DNA of 63,863 nt from a virus (IMGVR_UViG_3300033481_000001:1-63863), one strand, 5' to 3'; numbered from the stretch's first letter, positions 9,584-20,132 are shown. Made by a program: numbers and translations. The notes: generated by a model from the sequence alone, not told the origin.

Positions 9584-10475
9584 TTGAACCTCCTTCGATC
9601 TGCTTTAGTTGCTGTTCCATGTCGTTGGCGATTGCCCACGGTGGCGCCTCGATGCGTGTAATCTGCGGCCCCGGCCACTTGCCAGACTTCAGGCACTGCG
9701 CCCAAGTCTCCTTCGCGCGTCGCCACTTGCGGCGGCCGAGCTCCATTAACTCCCCAGACAACGGAGCGGTAACCGGCGTGATTCCTTGCTCGACAAAGTG
9801 GAATTTGAATTCTACTCGACCGGCCAGCGACGGCAAGCATGTTTCGATGCCTTCGAGATACGCGGCTGCCTGGATGTCGTAGCCGTATCTGATGCACACG
9901 GTTCCGCTCGTCGCCGCGATGACGTTCTCGCAGGTTTTGAGGTCGTAGATCGTCGACGTTGCCGAGTGCCACGCGTCCACCCTAGCGCGGCACCAGATGC
10001 CTATCTCAGCGTCAAACCAGATGACGGTCAGCTCGCAGTCGCACTCGTTGAGCGGCACCTGGAAGCCGTCGATGATGACGGCCGCCTCGTCCTCGGCATC
10101 GCGCATTTTTCGAGCAAGCACCGGTATTGCTCCGCGCGCTCTCGCTTCCTTGCGCGCCGTCTGCGCGGCTTTCGTAGTCCAGTCATTCGCGTCCACCTCG
10201 ACGATCTCTGGCCCAACCCCATAGATCAGCTTGTGGCGAATCGAGCCAGCGTCCTTTGCGTCGCTGTCCTTGCTCTTGGCCTTGGCGCCCAGCCGAGGAT
10301 GCGCGCGCCACGCGTGCTGCGGAGACTTTCCAAGCAGGATGCCAGCCATGTGACTCGACAGCGACGGGGCTTCGCACGGATCGGCGTGGTAGTCGTCGTG
10401 GCCGACGCCGAGATGAATGCCAGCAGGAAGCCTCACAGCGACACCGCCAGCAGCAGCGCCAGGCCGAACGCGCAC
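9567..10475 (-). CDS. RecE/ExoVIII-like PD-(D/E)xK exonuclease (start uncertain)
   Basis: YHAD...LSSH, CRARVD, IYDLKT, YGYDIQAAAY. Confidence 0.88.
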   Translation of the reverse strand: MRVRPGAAAGGVAVRLPAGIHLGVGHDDYHADPCEAPSLSSHMAGILLGKSPQHAWRAHPRLGAKAKSKDSDAKDAGSIRHKLIYGVGPEIVEVDANDWTTKAAQTARKEARARGAIPVLARKMRDAEDEAAVIIDGFQVPLNECDCELTVIWFDAEIGIWCRARVDAWHSATSTIYDLKTCENVIAATSGTVCIRYGYDIQAAAYLEGIETCLPSLAGRVEFKFHFVEQGITPVTAPLSGELMELGRRKWRRAKETWAQCLKSGKWPGPQITRIEAPPWAIANDMEQQLKQIEGGSSDVSF

Positions 10476-13384
10476 GCGAGCCAGTCGAGGCGGGTCACTT
10501 CACCCTCACTGTCTTGGGGCCCCAGTAGGTTCCGTCGTCGAGTTTCCCGCAGATTTCGCTTGCCTTAGTGTAGACGTCATGCGGACGAGACACCGGGCCG
10601 ATCACGCGCACCTTCACCGGGCCGCGCTTGGTACCTGTAACGGACTTGCGTGGTACTATTTCGTAACAACCGACAGAAAACGTCTTCCACGTTGCGGAGT
10701 GGATAGCATGACCCGGAGCACACGCACCGTCAAATTCGTGTTTCATGTCGTTTCCTTTCTCGCGCCCCAGCCCGGGGCCTCGTGAGTTGCGATCCAGTCC
10801 TCGGCCTCGGATGCTTCGATGAACACGATAGGATCGCCGTCGTGATCGGACACCACTTTCCCTGTAGTGCGGTCTTCGATGTACCAGAACGAAGACTCGT
10901 CGCGCCGAATGAGGTAGCGCGCGTTGCGACTGATGAGCCTCGTCATGATGCTTCCTCCATGAGCAAATCGATCATCGTGTTCTCGGCAGCGTCGTTGGCC
11001 CAAGCGTGGCAGGCCGGGCACGGATCGACTCCGTAACCTAGATCGTGGCAGGCGTCGCACCGACTCGGGCCGCTCCGGTGGTCGTGCAAGGACGCGTGCG
11101 GCTTGTCGAACACCTCACGCCCGCACTTGCACCGACGGCGTTCAACGAGCCGGTAAGCCAGCAGCAGGTGCAGAAAGTCGTCTCCGACGTCTAGGATGAT
11201 CACTTGCCGTCCCTCACTTGACGAAGCAGAGCCGCCATCTTAGCGGCGCTGTGCCCGTCATTGTACGCCTTCATCGCTGGCCCCACCGCTTCCGAGGCTA
11301 CCGCCAGCTCGAATGCGTCGATGACAACGCGCATTTCCGCATCGCTGACAGATGATGCAATCAAGAATTCCAGCACTTCACGCGCCTCTGACTTTGTCAC
11401 CGAACCACCTCCAAGATTGCGTACCCGCGCGCCTCGGCCCACGAGCGAAGGACGACGATCTTGCTCTTGCCTCCGCAGTCCGGGCAGTAGCGGCCGAAGG
11501 ATATGTGGCCGTGCTGGCAGTGCGGGCAGCGGATGAGCACGTGTTCAAGCGCGCCTATCGGCTGCGGAAACAGAGCAGCGCCGACAAACGAGGCGGTCCA
11601 GTCGTCGCGCATCATGACGCCACCTTGGCCCATACGCCGACGCACGCGGGTTCCCAGCATCCCATCCCGACATCTCGTCCTGGACGAGCGTGAGCAGATA
11701 GCACGACGAACCGCATCGACGGGAACTGATACTCTAAGATCGAACCAGGCTCAGGCACGGATTCGTCAGCAGACAGTCGGATCGACCACGTCCCGTCTTT
11801 CATCTCGACCATGCTCTTAGTCACGACGACACCTCAGCCGATACCGCGACCAGCACCGACTCGGTCTCGCCGTACAGGTCGCAGGCCAGCATGTCGCCGA
11901 TCACGGCCTGGATGCGTAGGGAGAGCCTGAGGGCGGCTTCGCGGGCGCGCATCGCGCGGAGCACCCGGCGTCGGCTGCGCGGCTCGACTACCGTGCGCTC
12001 GGTCCACTCGTCGTCGAGCGATGTGAGGGCGGGGACTGTCTGTGTCTGGCGAAGCATCGTGTTGGTCATGACTTGGAGTAATGCAAGCCCGGGCCCAGTT
12101 CCAAGCATCTCGAAAGTAGTCGGTTTCATTGGGTTTCCCTTGTCACGATTCTGATCGGTTCCGAGGATTGTCATCCCTTCGAGCGGAGTTGGCGCAAGTG
12201 CTTGATTTTGCGGGGGCAATTTTCGTCAGCCTTTGCCGGCGAAGTGACGGGATTTGTCAGCGTCCCGTGTGTGGGACACCATGCTACGCGCAGGCCTTTT
12301 GGGCCGCACCAGCACACGGACCCCTTCAGGCCTTCAAGCATCTGCATCATATCGGAGTCTATGACGACGTCCACAGAGTGCAGCAGTTTGCCAGCACGCA
12401 GACGCGCCTGGCCGAGACATCGTGCGCACATCGGCATGCGCTGGTAGGTGGTCATTGTGCTGATGTCAGCGACGACAACAGCCGGCCGGCCGCACGCGCA
12501 GAGGAGAGTCACTTGATGTCCTTGAGCACGTCGGAGATGTCGAGCGCATGGTAGCGTAGGCCCATCTCAATCAGTGCATGGCGGACAGCGATCTCCGGGC
12601 GGCATCCGCACAGCAGAACCTCGAACGCGTACCGATTGGAGAATTCCTTGCGCAGCTTCCTGGTCACAAGCTTGCGCGCCATCTGCAGAGATACCCGATC
12701 GCCAAAGGTGAACGTCACGGCATCACCTCCTTTGCCGTCAGCTTGACGGCGTATTTCGTGTATCCCGTCCAGGTTTTCCTGCATTCGTTCACGCCAGCGA
12801 CTTCGATCGCCTTTGCGGCTATCTCGCAGGCCTCTTTCTCCGTCGTCGCCCATACGTACACCGTGCACCCTGGAGCCTTAGCTTCTGTCTCGTCGGCAGA
12901 CTTGAGCGGCATCAGAGCACCTCCTTCGCTACGTCAACGATTCCCATGCGCAGCACCTGCCCCCACGTCGGCTCTTGAGCCGGAAGCGCCGGCAGGTCCG
13001 TCTGCGTGACGTCGAGCCCGGCGCGGAAGTCGTCGATGTCGTATTCTCCGTCCATGCGCCGTCTCACGGTCATTGACTCAAACTCTAGTAGGTCCTCTTC
13101 TCGTCGAATTTCGCACGCGTCACATGGGCACGGTCTATCTCGTCTCGCAAACTCCGGGAACGGAGGCTCCGAGGCGTCGTGCGCGTCCACGAGTTCGGCA
13201 AGGCGCGCGTCCATGCTCGCGATCTGCACCCTGCCGGTGGTGTCGTCGTCAATCACTGACTCGACGATCGCGCCTTCGTCATCGGCGATCTCGCGGATGA
13301 TCTCGGTTGCCTCCCGGTCGCGCTCGGCCTGGGTAGGCCGGCTGTCGCGCAGGTCGCGGTACGTCTGCTCTCGGCGGCTGTGGC

Positions 13385-13798
13385 TCATCGTCGCACCTCG
13401 ATAACGTTCGGGTTCATCGTCGCGGCTTCCACCATTGGATCAATCCGCGCATGAGCGGCCCTAGGAATCGGCTCAAGGTCGTAGTATTCTCGCAGCTTCC
13501 CGGACAGTACGGCAAGCCACCCGGTGATGAGCATCTGCACGTCTGCGCGAGCCGTAACCGCTAGCAGTTCGTCGAGCTTGGCCAAAGCGTCGGTGACGCC
13601 CTGGCCACCAAGCTCCGGGAATCGCGCAAGCAAAACCGGCCCACATTCGTCGAATGCCCGCGGAAGCTGGTGCGTGAACAGTGAATCTCCGGTGAGATGG
13701 TTAAGCACGTCATATACTCCCTTGAATCCATCTGGAATCAGCATCCTTCCGGTCGTTACCGTGAGTACGTGGCCTAGGTGGAATCGCTTCGTCGCCAT
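13385..13798 (-). CDS. Conserved phage hypothetical protein
   Basis: LTVTTGRML...LFTHQLPRA resembles a recurrent phage family. Confidence 0.55.
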   Translation of the reverse strand: MATKRFHLGHVLTVTTGRMLIPDGFKGVYDVLNHLTGDSLFTHQLPRAFDECGPVLLARFPELGGQGVTDALAKLDELLAVTARADVQMLITGWLAVLSGKLREYYDLEPIPRAAHARIDPMVEAATMNPNVIEVRR

Positions 13799-14665
13799 GT
13801 TGTCTCCTTCGGGCGTCGCGCCCAGCAGGCCGCCGAGTCGTCGGCGAGCTGCCGCGCGCGAGGCGCTGGCGGTTCATCTGCCAAACCGCGTTAGCCAGGT
13901 CTGCGGGGTCAGCACCGCTACTGGCCGGCATGCGAGCGGCGCATCATCGCGATCGTCGTCTGGATCTGTGCGCTGCTCATCGATCGCTCTCTCCAGCGCC
14001 AGGACGTCGGCGTGCGTGTAGGTTACGCCGGTTTCCCTCCTGGCCTGGCGCAGGATCATCTCTGCGTGCCCACCGGTGAGCCCGAGCCGAACGGCATCGA
14101 CCGCCGTCGTGTCGATCTCCTTGGCGTCGAGCGTGTGCAGGTCAACCGCGGCGCACCGGATGCACTCCGCCTCGGTGAAGGTGATGGTTCCGCAGGTCAT
14201 CGTGACACCCCCAGCTTGCGCACCCCGCGCGAATGCAACGAATACACGCAGTCGTCAGCGCAGCGGATGGCCAGCACTGGCAGCCGCGAGCCGTCAGGCT
14301 GCGGCTCGAAGGCGCGTTCGCTGATGACAACGGTACCACGCGCCGTTCCGCGCGGGTACTTCTTGAAGCTGACGCGGTCGCCAGGGGACAGCTGATGGCC
14401 GCAGCAATCAACGGCAGGAGCGAACATTACAGCACCTCCGGGAGCAGGCCGTCGCACGATGTGGCGGCCATGTGTCTCGATTGCGCCTCAGCTCGCTCCA
14501 GACGGGCGATTGCCTCAACCTCGGCCTGCTGATAGCTACCGTGCTCGGTGGTGCGGTAGATGCCCAGGACTTGGTGCAAGCGGCCCATCTGGCGCACGCG
14601 GACGGTGCGGCCGAAGGCGCGGAACTCGGTGACGGTGGACTGGATAATGACGGTGGGATGCATGG

Positions 14666-14989
14666 CTAGCGCGCCTCCGTGACGTGGTTACTCAATACCA
14701 TCGCGATCCATTCGTCCTCTCCGTCCTCGCCTGCTCCGACGTGTGTAGCTCGCTCTTCCTCTGTCGCGATTATCGCGCTGATGCTCTTCTCGCCGTGACC
14801 GATCGCAGCCGCAACGCGGTGGAATCCATCCAGGATGTAGCAAGACTGCGAGATGATGATCGGGTCAGCGCCAAAAATCTCGGGGGCCACTCCATCCCAA
14901 TCGTCCGACAGAATGCGGCGTGCCTCGTCCAGGTGCGCAGGAGCGATTCGCGAAAGTCGAATGAAGCGAACCGTGTTTTGCGTCGTCAT
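14666..14989 (-). CDS. ParB/Srx N-terminal-like domain protein
   Basis: PIII...ILDGFHRVAAA motif; TTGAAT-N16-TAGAAT-N7-ATG upstream. Confidence 0.7.
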   Translation of the reverse strand: MTTQNTVRFIRLSRIAPAHLDEARRILSDDWDGVAPEIFGADPIIISQSCYILDGFHRVAAAIGHGEKSISAIIATEEERATHVGAGEDGEDEWIAMVLSNHVTEAR

Positions 14990-15141
14990 GAGATTCATTC
15001 TAGCCCGTCCATTCCGCGATTCAAGATAAATCAACATGACAACGAAAATAGTTCACTCCGAGTCAACGGCTTGGTTGCGGGCGCGTCATGTCAATAGAAA
15101 ACTGCTTGACACGTTACGTTTCCTATGCCCACACTTTGTCT

Positions 15142-15357
15142 ATGGGCCGCACAACGTCAACCGTCCGCTCCTGGGCGCAACCGCCCGGGGACGGGTGCGC
15201 GTGCTGCTCTTGTGACATTTGCCACGCGGACGACGAGCAGGCGCCCACCGTCCAGCCGGCGGCCGAACGCGTGCCAGAGCGCAAGCCCGTTCGCCAGGCG
15301 GTGTCTCTGCTCGAACTCCAGGAGCAGGTCTTCGGGGCCTGCCTCTGGGTTTACTGA
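15142..15357 (+). CDS. Small Cys-rich protein, probably leaderless
   Basis: TTGACA(15106)-N18-CACACT-N6-ATG; CACCSCDIC cluster. Confidence 0.5.
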   Translation: MGRTTSTVRSWAQPPGDGCACCSCDICHADDEQAPTVQPAAERVPERKPVRQAVSLLELQEQVFGACLWVY

Positions 15358-15866
15358 TCGCGTCGCGGAGCAGCAAGGTATAGCTTCCCCCTCACGACTT
15401 TCTGACGCGTCCATCCTGCCATTAGGTAGCAGTAGCCCGGGTTGCGTGATTGCACCTTGCGCGTGTCGATCTCGGTGCGAAGCTCGACGTCTGGCAAATT
15501 GCCGTACCGTCGTGTCCACTCGCGATAGGTGGAAGCAAGTGCATCGCGAATCAACTCAGACGATAGCCCTGCTCCGAGATTGCGAAAGAGCATGTTTCGC
15601 CATACCCACCGCGTCCCAGAGTCATCGCTTCCGGTGCGTCCTCGGCTGGCGCCTGTCCCACGTCGAGCAGGAGTCTTCTGCAGCACCACGGCCCACACAG
15701 CGTTTCCATCGTCGGTGACAAGGACGATCTCTCTGCCCACACCGGTGAATGTCTTCGATCCCGGGGTGCGCCTGGAATAGTGCGGCCCCTTCCCAGCGTG
15801 CTTTCCCATGCCGTCCACGACGTCGAGTGCTCGACGGTCAGACGATGACGATAGCAACCACGCCAT
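15351..15866 (-). CDS. Putative Mom-like/GNAT-fold DNA modification protein
   Basis: HYSRR, FRNLGAGLSSELI, SRNPGYCYLMAGW resemble Mom-related phage proteins; TGATG coupling. Confidence 0.5.
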   Translation of the reverse strand: MAWLLSSSSDRRALDVVDGMGKHAGKGPHYSRRTPGSKTFTGVGREIVLVTDDGNAVWAVVLQKTPARRGTGASRGRTGSDDSGTRWVWRNMLFRNLGAGLSSELIRDALASTYREWTRRYGNLPDVELRTEIDTRKVQSRNPGYCYLMAGWTRQKVVRGKLYLAAPRRDQ

Positions 15867-16231
15867 CACGCCCCCATCGCGGCCATGAACTCGTCCACCG
15901 TATCGTAGCAGGTGATCGCCGGAAGGTAGTGGAACACGTTGATGCGCGGTCCGACGAGCCGCAGGTGCAGCCCGTGGTGCATGGCCCACCCCGTTTCGAA
16001 GTCCTTGCCACCGCGGCCCGGCTCGTCGTCGGTGAAGAGCACGAACCATCCGGCGTGTTCGATGTCGACAAGGTCCTGCTCCGCGCATCTAGCTGGATGC
16101 TTTCCGATAGCAAGCCCTTCCTGCTCAAGCCACGTTGAGGTCACGACATGCCCGGAGGCACACAGTCTGTCTGCGTAGCCGCGGAGCTCGGCCTGGCGCT
16201 CGAAGCGGGCGGCTAGGTAGAGGGTGGACAT
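15866..16231 (-). CDS. Nucleoside 2-deoxyribosyltransferase-like protein
   Basis: LYLAARF, DLVDI, GGKDFETGWAM motifs. Confidence 0.75.
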   Translation of the reverse strand: MSTLYLAARFERQAELRGYADRLCASGHVVTSTWLEQEGLAIGKHPARCAEQDLVDIEHAGWFVLFTDDEPGRGGKDFETGWAMHHGLHLRLVGPRINVFHYLPAITCYDTVDEFMAAMGA

Positions 16232-16921
16232 CAGCGCGACTTTCTTCGCTGTAGTTCCGCGGCTCGCTTCCGCCTGCGCACATTCGACGATCGATCAAGC
16301 CGTCGCTGCATCCTGGCTTGCGCACTCTGCGTGGACCACCTCCACGTCGCCATCCAGATTTCACGCGGGCTGAGCACGGAGCACGAATAATCGCCGATCC
16401 CGAAGTCCATGCCGATGATCGTAGGCTTTGGCAATCTCATTTCGTAGCTGTAGCGCATGGCGTCTATTCTGTCATCTGACTGCTCGACGTGGTCACGCAG
16501 GTACGGCGCCGACAGCAACGACACCTCGGCGGCTGGAACCTGCACCATAATGGCGCGTCCTTCGGGAACCACGCCGAAGCGATCTGGCACGATGTCGAAG
16601 AGCGGCAGCAGCGGCCCCTTAGTTGCCGTCGCTTCCTTGGCCAGACGATCGAAATCTTCGGGACGAACCAGAACAGTGGCCATCAGAACAGCCTCCCTTG
16701 CTTGCTCTCCGCCGCCGCGACAGCGGCCCGAAGCTGCCGGGTAGCCTCGGCCTCGGACAGCGGTTGCGTGAGCCTGCAGACGTCGGCGATGAGGGCGGCG
16801 CGTTCCTCCCACTCGGCTAGGCACGATGCACATTCGATCATCGCTTCCTGATGACGCTGGCACGGACACTGCTCGCTCATCTTGCGCCCTAGCGGGCACG
16901 TCGCGCGGTATGGGTGCGTGT

Positions 16922-18511
16922 TCATATTGCTTCCCCCAAGAGCGAAAGTTGCTCAGGAGACCGGTGCGCCTCGGCCCATGCGATGCGGGCACGCGCGATC
17001 TCGCAGAAGTCGGGATCCTGCTCGATGCCGATGAATGAGTAACGTTCTAGAGCCGCCGCCTTTCCCGTCGATCCGCTGCCCGCGAACGGGTCCAGGATGT
17101 GCCCGCCGGCCGGCGTGATGAGCTTGCACAGGTAGCGCATGAGCGACGTGGGCTTTACGCAACAGTGATGATTGAGTCTCTCTTTCGCTCCACGGTTTCT
17201 TGGGTTGTTCCCACCGGGAGCGTCTGGATCACGGGATGGGTCTTGGCGTTTCGGCGCGCACTCTTCGGCGCTCCTTTCCCTCAGCCACGACTCTACGCAC
17301 GTGGCAAGGTCTGCACCTTCCGTACAGTGGCCACCCCTGCTTGCTGAGATACCAGTCCTGAGTTCCCACGGGCTTGAATTGGCCACACAGACCACATGGC
17401 TTCCACCATTCCCCGCCCTTCCAAACACATCCGCCATGCATCCGTTTGTGTGCCGTCGCGCTGATCGCTTGCAGGTTTCCAACCCTGTTGTCAAGCTTGT
17501 CACCGTTGATGTGATGGATTGAATAGCCGGATGGAACGGGTCCGTTGAAAGACTCCCACACCAGCACATGCTCCATGCGGACCCTTCTCTGTCTCGGATC
17601 GTAGACCCTTCTGTAACCCTTTGCGGAGACAGTCCCGTAACCGCCAGGAGCCGATGAGATAGGACCTCGTTTACCCATGACGGATCAGCATATGAAACTT
17701 GTAGATATCTGTCAAGCCCTTCCTCACGATCTGCGCGCGTCGCCTTGACGCCGTAGAAGAAACGGGAGGCGCTGCCGGTGTCGCCAAAGCCGAAACTGTC
17801 GCGCTCAGTCTCCTCTCCCTTTGCGCACGATTTGAACGCGCCGTTGTGCCTGATGCTGTCGGATCCATCGCTCTCCGGAAACAACGCCGCGATCTCGTCG
17901 CTGCCGTCGGTGATGAGGTTGGCTGGCCAGCGGCCACGATCGTGTTCGGCAACAACGGGACGGCTTCCATTGGTTTCCCCTGATCCGTATCGGCCACCAT
18001 TGCTCGCCTTTCCATTGCCACCGCCAGGAACGGTAGTTCCAGGATCAATGCGACACGCGTCGATGTTGAGCGCTCCTGTCGCGAACCGCTTGATGTTCGC
18101 CGCGACGGTACCGACGATCGGCTTGCGCAGGAGCCACCAGTCTTCCAACGCAGGCTTGAGCGCGGTTCCAATCCCGCCATCAAGGTTGAGCGACTTCGGA
18201 AACCCGGTTCCGAAGATGAACGAGACGCGGTCTCGCACCTCCCATCCGCCATTCTCCCAAGCTGTCGCAGTCCAGTGCGACGTGCGAGGCAGCGCCCAAA
18301 CCAGCGCATGGGCCCCAGGCTTTACCACTCGAAGACACTCGGACGCAACCTGCGCCATCCACGCGATCCAGTTGTCGCGCCCTCCCTTGTCCTTGTCCCA
18401 GGATTTGTTCATGAAGGCGATCCCTGCCGGTGGGTCGGTCACGATGGCGTCGAAGTAGTCGCCAGCGAACGTCGGCAGGACGGCCAGGCAGTCGCCGTGC
18501 AGGATGCTCAC
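16922..18511 (-). CDS. DNA methyltransferase (N6/N4 beta order) with ~150-codon internal insertion
   Basis: IVTDPPA, GFPKS, GRWPAN, ASRFFY, VKPTSLMRYL, ILDPFAGSGSTG. Confidence 0.88.
   Translation of the reverse strand: MSILHGDCLAVLPTFAGDYFDAIVTDPPAGIAFMNKSWDKDKGGRDNWIAWMAQVASECLRVVKPGAHALVWALPRTSHWTATAWENGGWEVRDRVSFIFGTGFPKSLNLDGGIGTALKPALEDWWLLRKPIVGTVAANIKRFATGALNIDACRIDPGTTVPGGGNGKASNGGRYGSGETNGSRPVVAEHDRGRWPANLITDGSDEIAALFPESDGSDSIRHNGAFKSCAKGEETERDSFGFGDTGSASRFFYGVKATRADREEGLDRYLQVSYADPSWVNEVLSHRLLAVTGLSPQRVTEGSTIRDREGSAWSMCWCGSLSTDPFHPAIQSITSTVTSLTTGLETCKRSARRHTNGCMADVFGRAGNGGSHVVCVANSSPWELRTGISASRGGHCTEGADLATCVESWLRERSAEECAPKRQDPSRDPDAPGGNNPRNRGAKERLNHHCCVKPTSLMRYLCKLITPAGGHILDPFAGSGSTGKAAALERYSFIGIEQDPDFCEIARARIAWAEAHRSPEQLSLLGEAI
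17229..17678 (-). CDS. HNH endonuclease nested out of frame in the methyltransferase
   Basis: EHVLVWESFNGPVPSGYSIHHINGDKLDNRVGNL plus CxxC...CxxC. Confidence 0.9.
   Translation of the reverse strand: MGKRGPISSAPGGYGTVSAKGYRRVYDPRQRRVRMEHVLVWESFNGPVPSGYSIHHINGDKLDNRVGNLQAISATAHKRMHGGCVWKGGEWWKPCGLCGQFKPVGTQDWYLSKQGWPLYGRCRPCHVRRVVAEGKERRRVRAETPRPIP
17687..17715 (-). promoter_or_regulatory. Intragenic sigma70 promoter for the HNH gene
   Basis: TTGACA-N17-TATGCT, 8 nt before HNH ATG. Confidence 0.8.
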
Positions 18512-18520
18512 GGCTTCCCC

Positions 18521-18724
18521 CTACGCAAGCTTGTCCTCGGCCGGCAAGAGCACCTTGCGAGCCGACGACACCGCATAGAGGGCGATCCACGTGGCTGGAC
18601 GCTCCTTTGCGCGGCGGGCGGCCTTGCGGATCATGGCGTCTTCGGTTGGCGTGAACCTCACCGAGTGGGTGCGGGAAAGAATCGTCGATGCTGGCTTGCG
18701 GGGACGGCCGATTTTCTTGGTCAT
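18521..18724 (-). CDS. Ribbon-helix-helix-like DNA-binding protein
   Basis: GRPRKP, then SVRFTPTEDAMIRKAA. Confidence 0.6.
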   Translation of the reverse strand: MTKKIGRPRKPASTILSRTHSVRFTPTEDAMIRKAARRAKERPATWIALYAVSSARKVLLPAEDKLA

Positions 18725-19416
18725 GCTTTCACCTCGAACTCGTGAAGGGCACCGTTCCTTCCGTCCTCGCTGACGACGAACATCGTTCCCACGTCGGTGC
18801 TATCGTTGACGAACATCTTGAGCCATTGGTCCTTGGTGGCCGTAAGGCTGGCGAACGTCGTCGCTTTCTTGGAGCACCACTCGGCTAGAGCATCTGCGGT
18901 TGCGAACACGGGAGACACCGGGCTTCCTTCGCTGCATGTCTCCCAGAGCTGGAAGCCATCGCCCGTTGGAGGTTCCTGTTCCGTCCATGCCTTATATTCA
19001 CCCTTCACCGCCGGATCGATTGCGTCGCCTCCGCACGTCTTGCAGATGCCCCACTTCTCAGGATCTAGTCCAGCCGCCTTGACGATTGCCTTGGTAGCCG
19101 ACCAACGATCGCATGCATCATGTCCGCCGAATGGAGAAGGGCTACGTCCTGCTAACCCAACCGACAACTCTGACATGTCGGATGACAAGGATGACACGCC
19201 TGCCTCTATCAACCACGGATGCACCGTCCCTCTCACGGAGTCATCACCCGCTATTAGAATTAGGTGAACAAGATGCTCTAGAGCACTCCCCGCAGCCGTC
19301 TGCCCATTCTCGCAGTCAGGGCACTTGCGGTAGTACGGATTCAGGTATCCTTCCCACACCTTGTTCATCGGCCAAGCGAAATCCATCGGTACACGCTTCA
19401 ACGTTCTGTGTCCCAT
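18721..19416 (-). CDS. Hypothetical protein with CxxC pairs
   Basis: GGAGG RBS; CPDC and CKTCGG. Confidence 0.7.
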   Translation of the reverse strand: MGHRTLKRVPMDFAWPMNKVWEGYLNPYYRKCPDCENGQTAAGSALEHLVHLILIAGDDSVRGTVHPWLIEAGVSSLSSDMSELSVGLAGRSPSPFGGHDACDRWSATKAIVKAAGLDPEKWGICKTCGGDAIDPAVKGEYKAWTEQEPPTGDGFQLWETCSEGSPVSPVFATADALAEWCSKKATTFASLTATKDQWLKMFVNDSTDVGTMFVVSEDGRNGALHEFEVKA

Positions 19417-19435
19417 GCTTCCTCCATTCACGCGG

Positions 19436-19464
19436 ACGGTAGCACGCCTAGATTTGAGTTTCAA
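19436..19464 (-). promoter_or_regulatory. Leftward sigma70 promoter
   Basis: TTGAAA-N17-TACCGT. Confidence 0.6.
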
Positions 19465-19498
19465 GAAACTTTTTATGGCTGGTGTCTATGACGCAATT

Positions 19499-19607
19499 GT
19501 AGGACTCCGTCCTACGCAACCATGGGAATTTGTCCTACAAGGTTGCGAGAAATCGTCCTACATCCAGGCAAGCGCTTGTCCTACAAGAACTTGGGCCAAC
19601 GTCCTAC
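19499..19607. repeat. GTCCTAC array with 23-bp period
   Basis: Copies start at 19509, 19532, 19555, 19578, 19601; inverted copy at 19499-19505. Confidence 0.9.
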
Positions 19608-19773
19608 GCAACGATCGGAATCTCACCGACTTTCTCAACGCGCCGCAATGCTATAGATCGGCAGATATGGGATCTATGGATTACTACGATCTCCGAGGGA
19701 TCCGAGAACGAGTCAAGCACTTGCCGAGTCGCTCTAGGCGACCGGCCCTAGGGGTTCGTGGTAGGATGAAGGC

Positions 19774-19923
19774 ATGACCGACCTGTTCACCGATCCGAAG
19801 CCCGTTCCACCGAAGCCGCGCGAGCCGCTCCCGCCCGACAGCCCGGGAAACCGCTGGGCGCGAGACTGGCGCGGGACGCCGACGAACCTCTGGGGCCTCC
19901 GCAAGGGCGAGGACGGCCGGTGA
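19774..19923 (+). CDS. Small leaderless hypothetical protein (49 aa)
   Basis: TGG-TAGGAT-N6-ATG; GTGA overlap with next ORF. Confidence 0.55.
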   Translation: MTDLFTDPKPVPPKPREPLPPDSPGNRWARDWRGTPTNLWGLRKGEDGR

Positions 19924-20132
19924 TCTGGTCCATCCGCATCGGCAACATGTTCGGCGAAACGTCAACCTTGGTGAGCGCCGACATGGACGGACTCACCTGC
20001 ACCGAATGCGGTCGCGTCGCCCGGGCGTGCCTGGGGCTGTCCGAGGCGCTGTGCGATCGGTGCTGCGAGCGGCACCTGAAGATCGGGAAGGTACGGGACG
20101 AAGTCTACTCGCTGCCGACCGTCAAAGAATAG
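19920..20132 (+). CDS. Small zinc-finger-like protein
   Basis: CTEC...CDRC. Confidence 0.5.
   Translation: MIWSIRIGNMFGETSTLVSADMDGLTCTECGRVARACLGLSEALCDRCCERHLKIGKVRDEVYSLPTVKE

Noticed and set aside
17229-17715. Intein or group I intron around the HNH
   Set aside because: The HNH is out of frame, there are no C...HN-C/S/T intein ends, and little non-coding room for a ribozyme core.
19509-19607. Mini CRISPR array
   Set aside because: A 7-bp repeat and 16-bp spacers are far too short, and there are no cas genes; the exonuclease is RecE-like, not Cas4.
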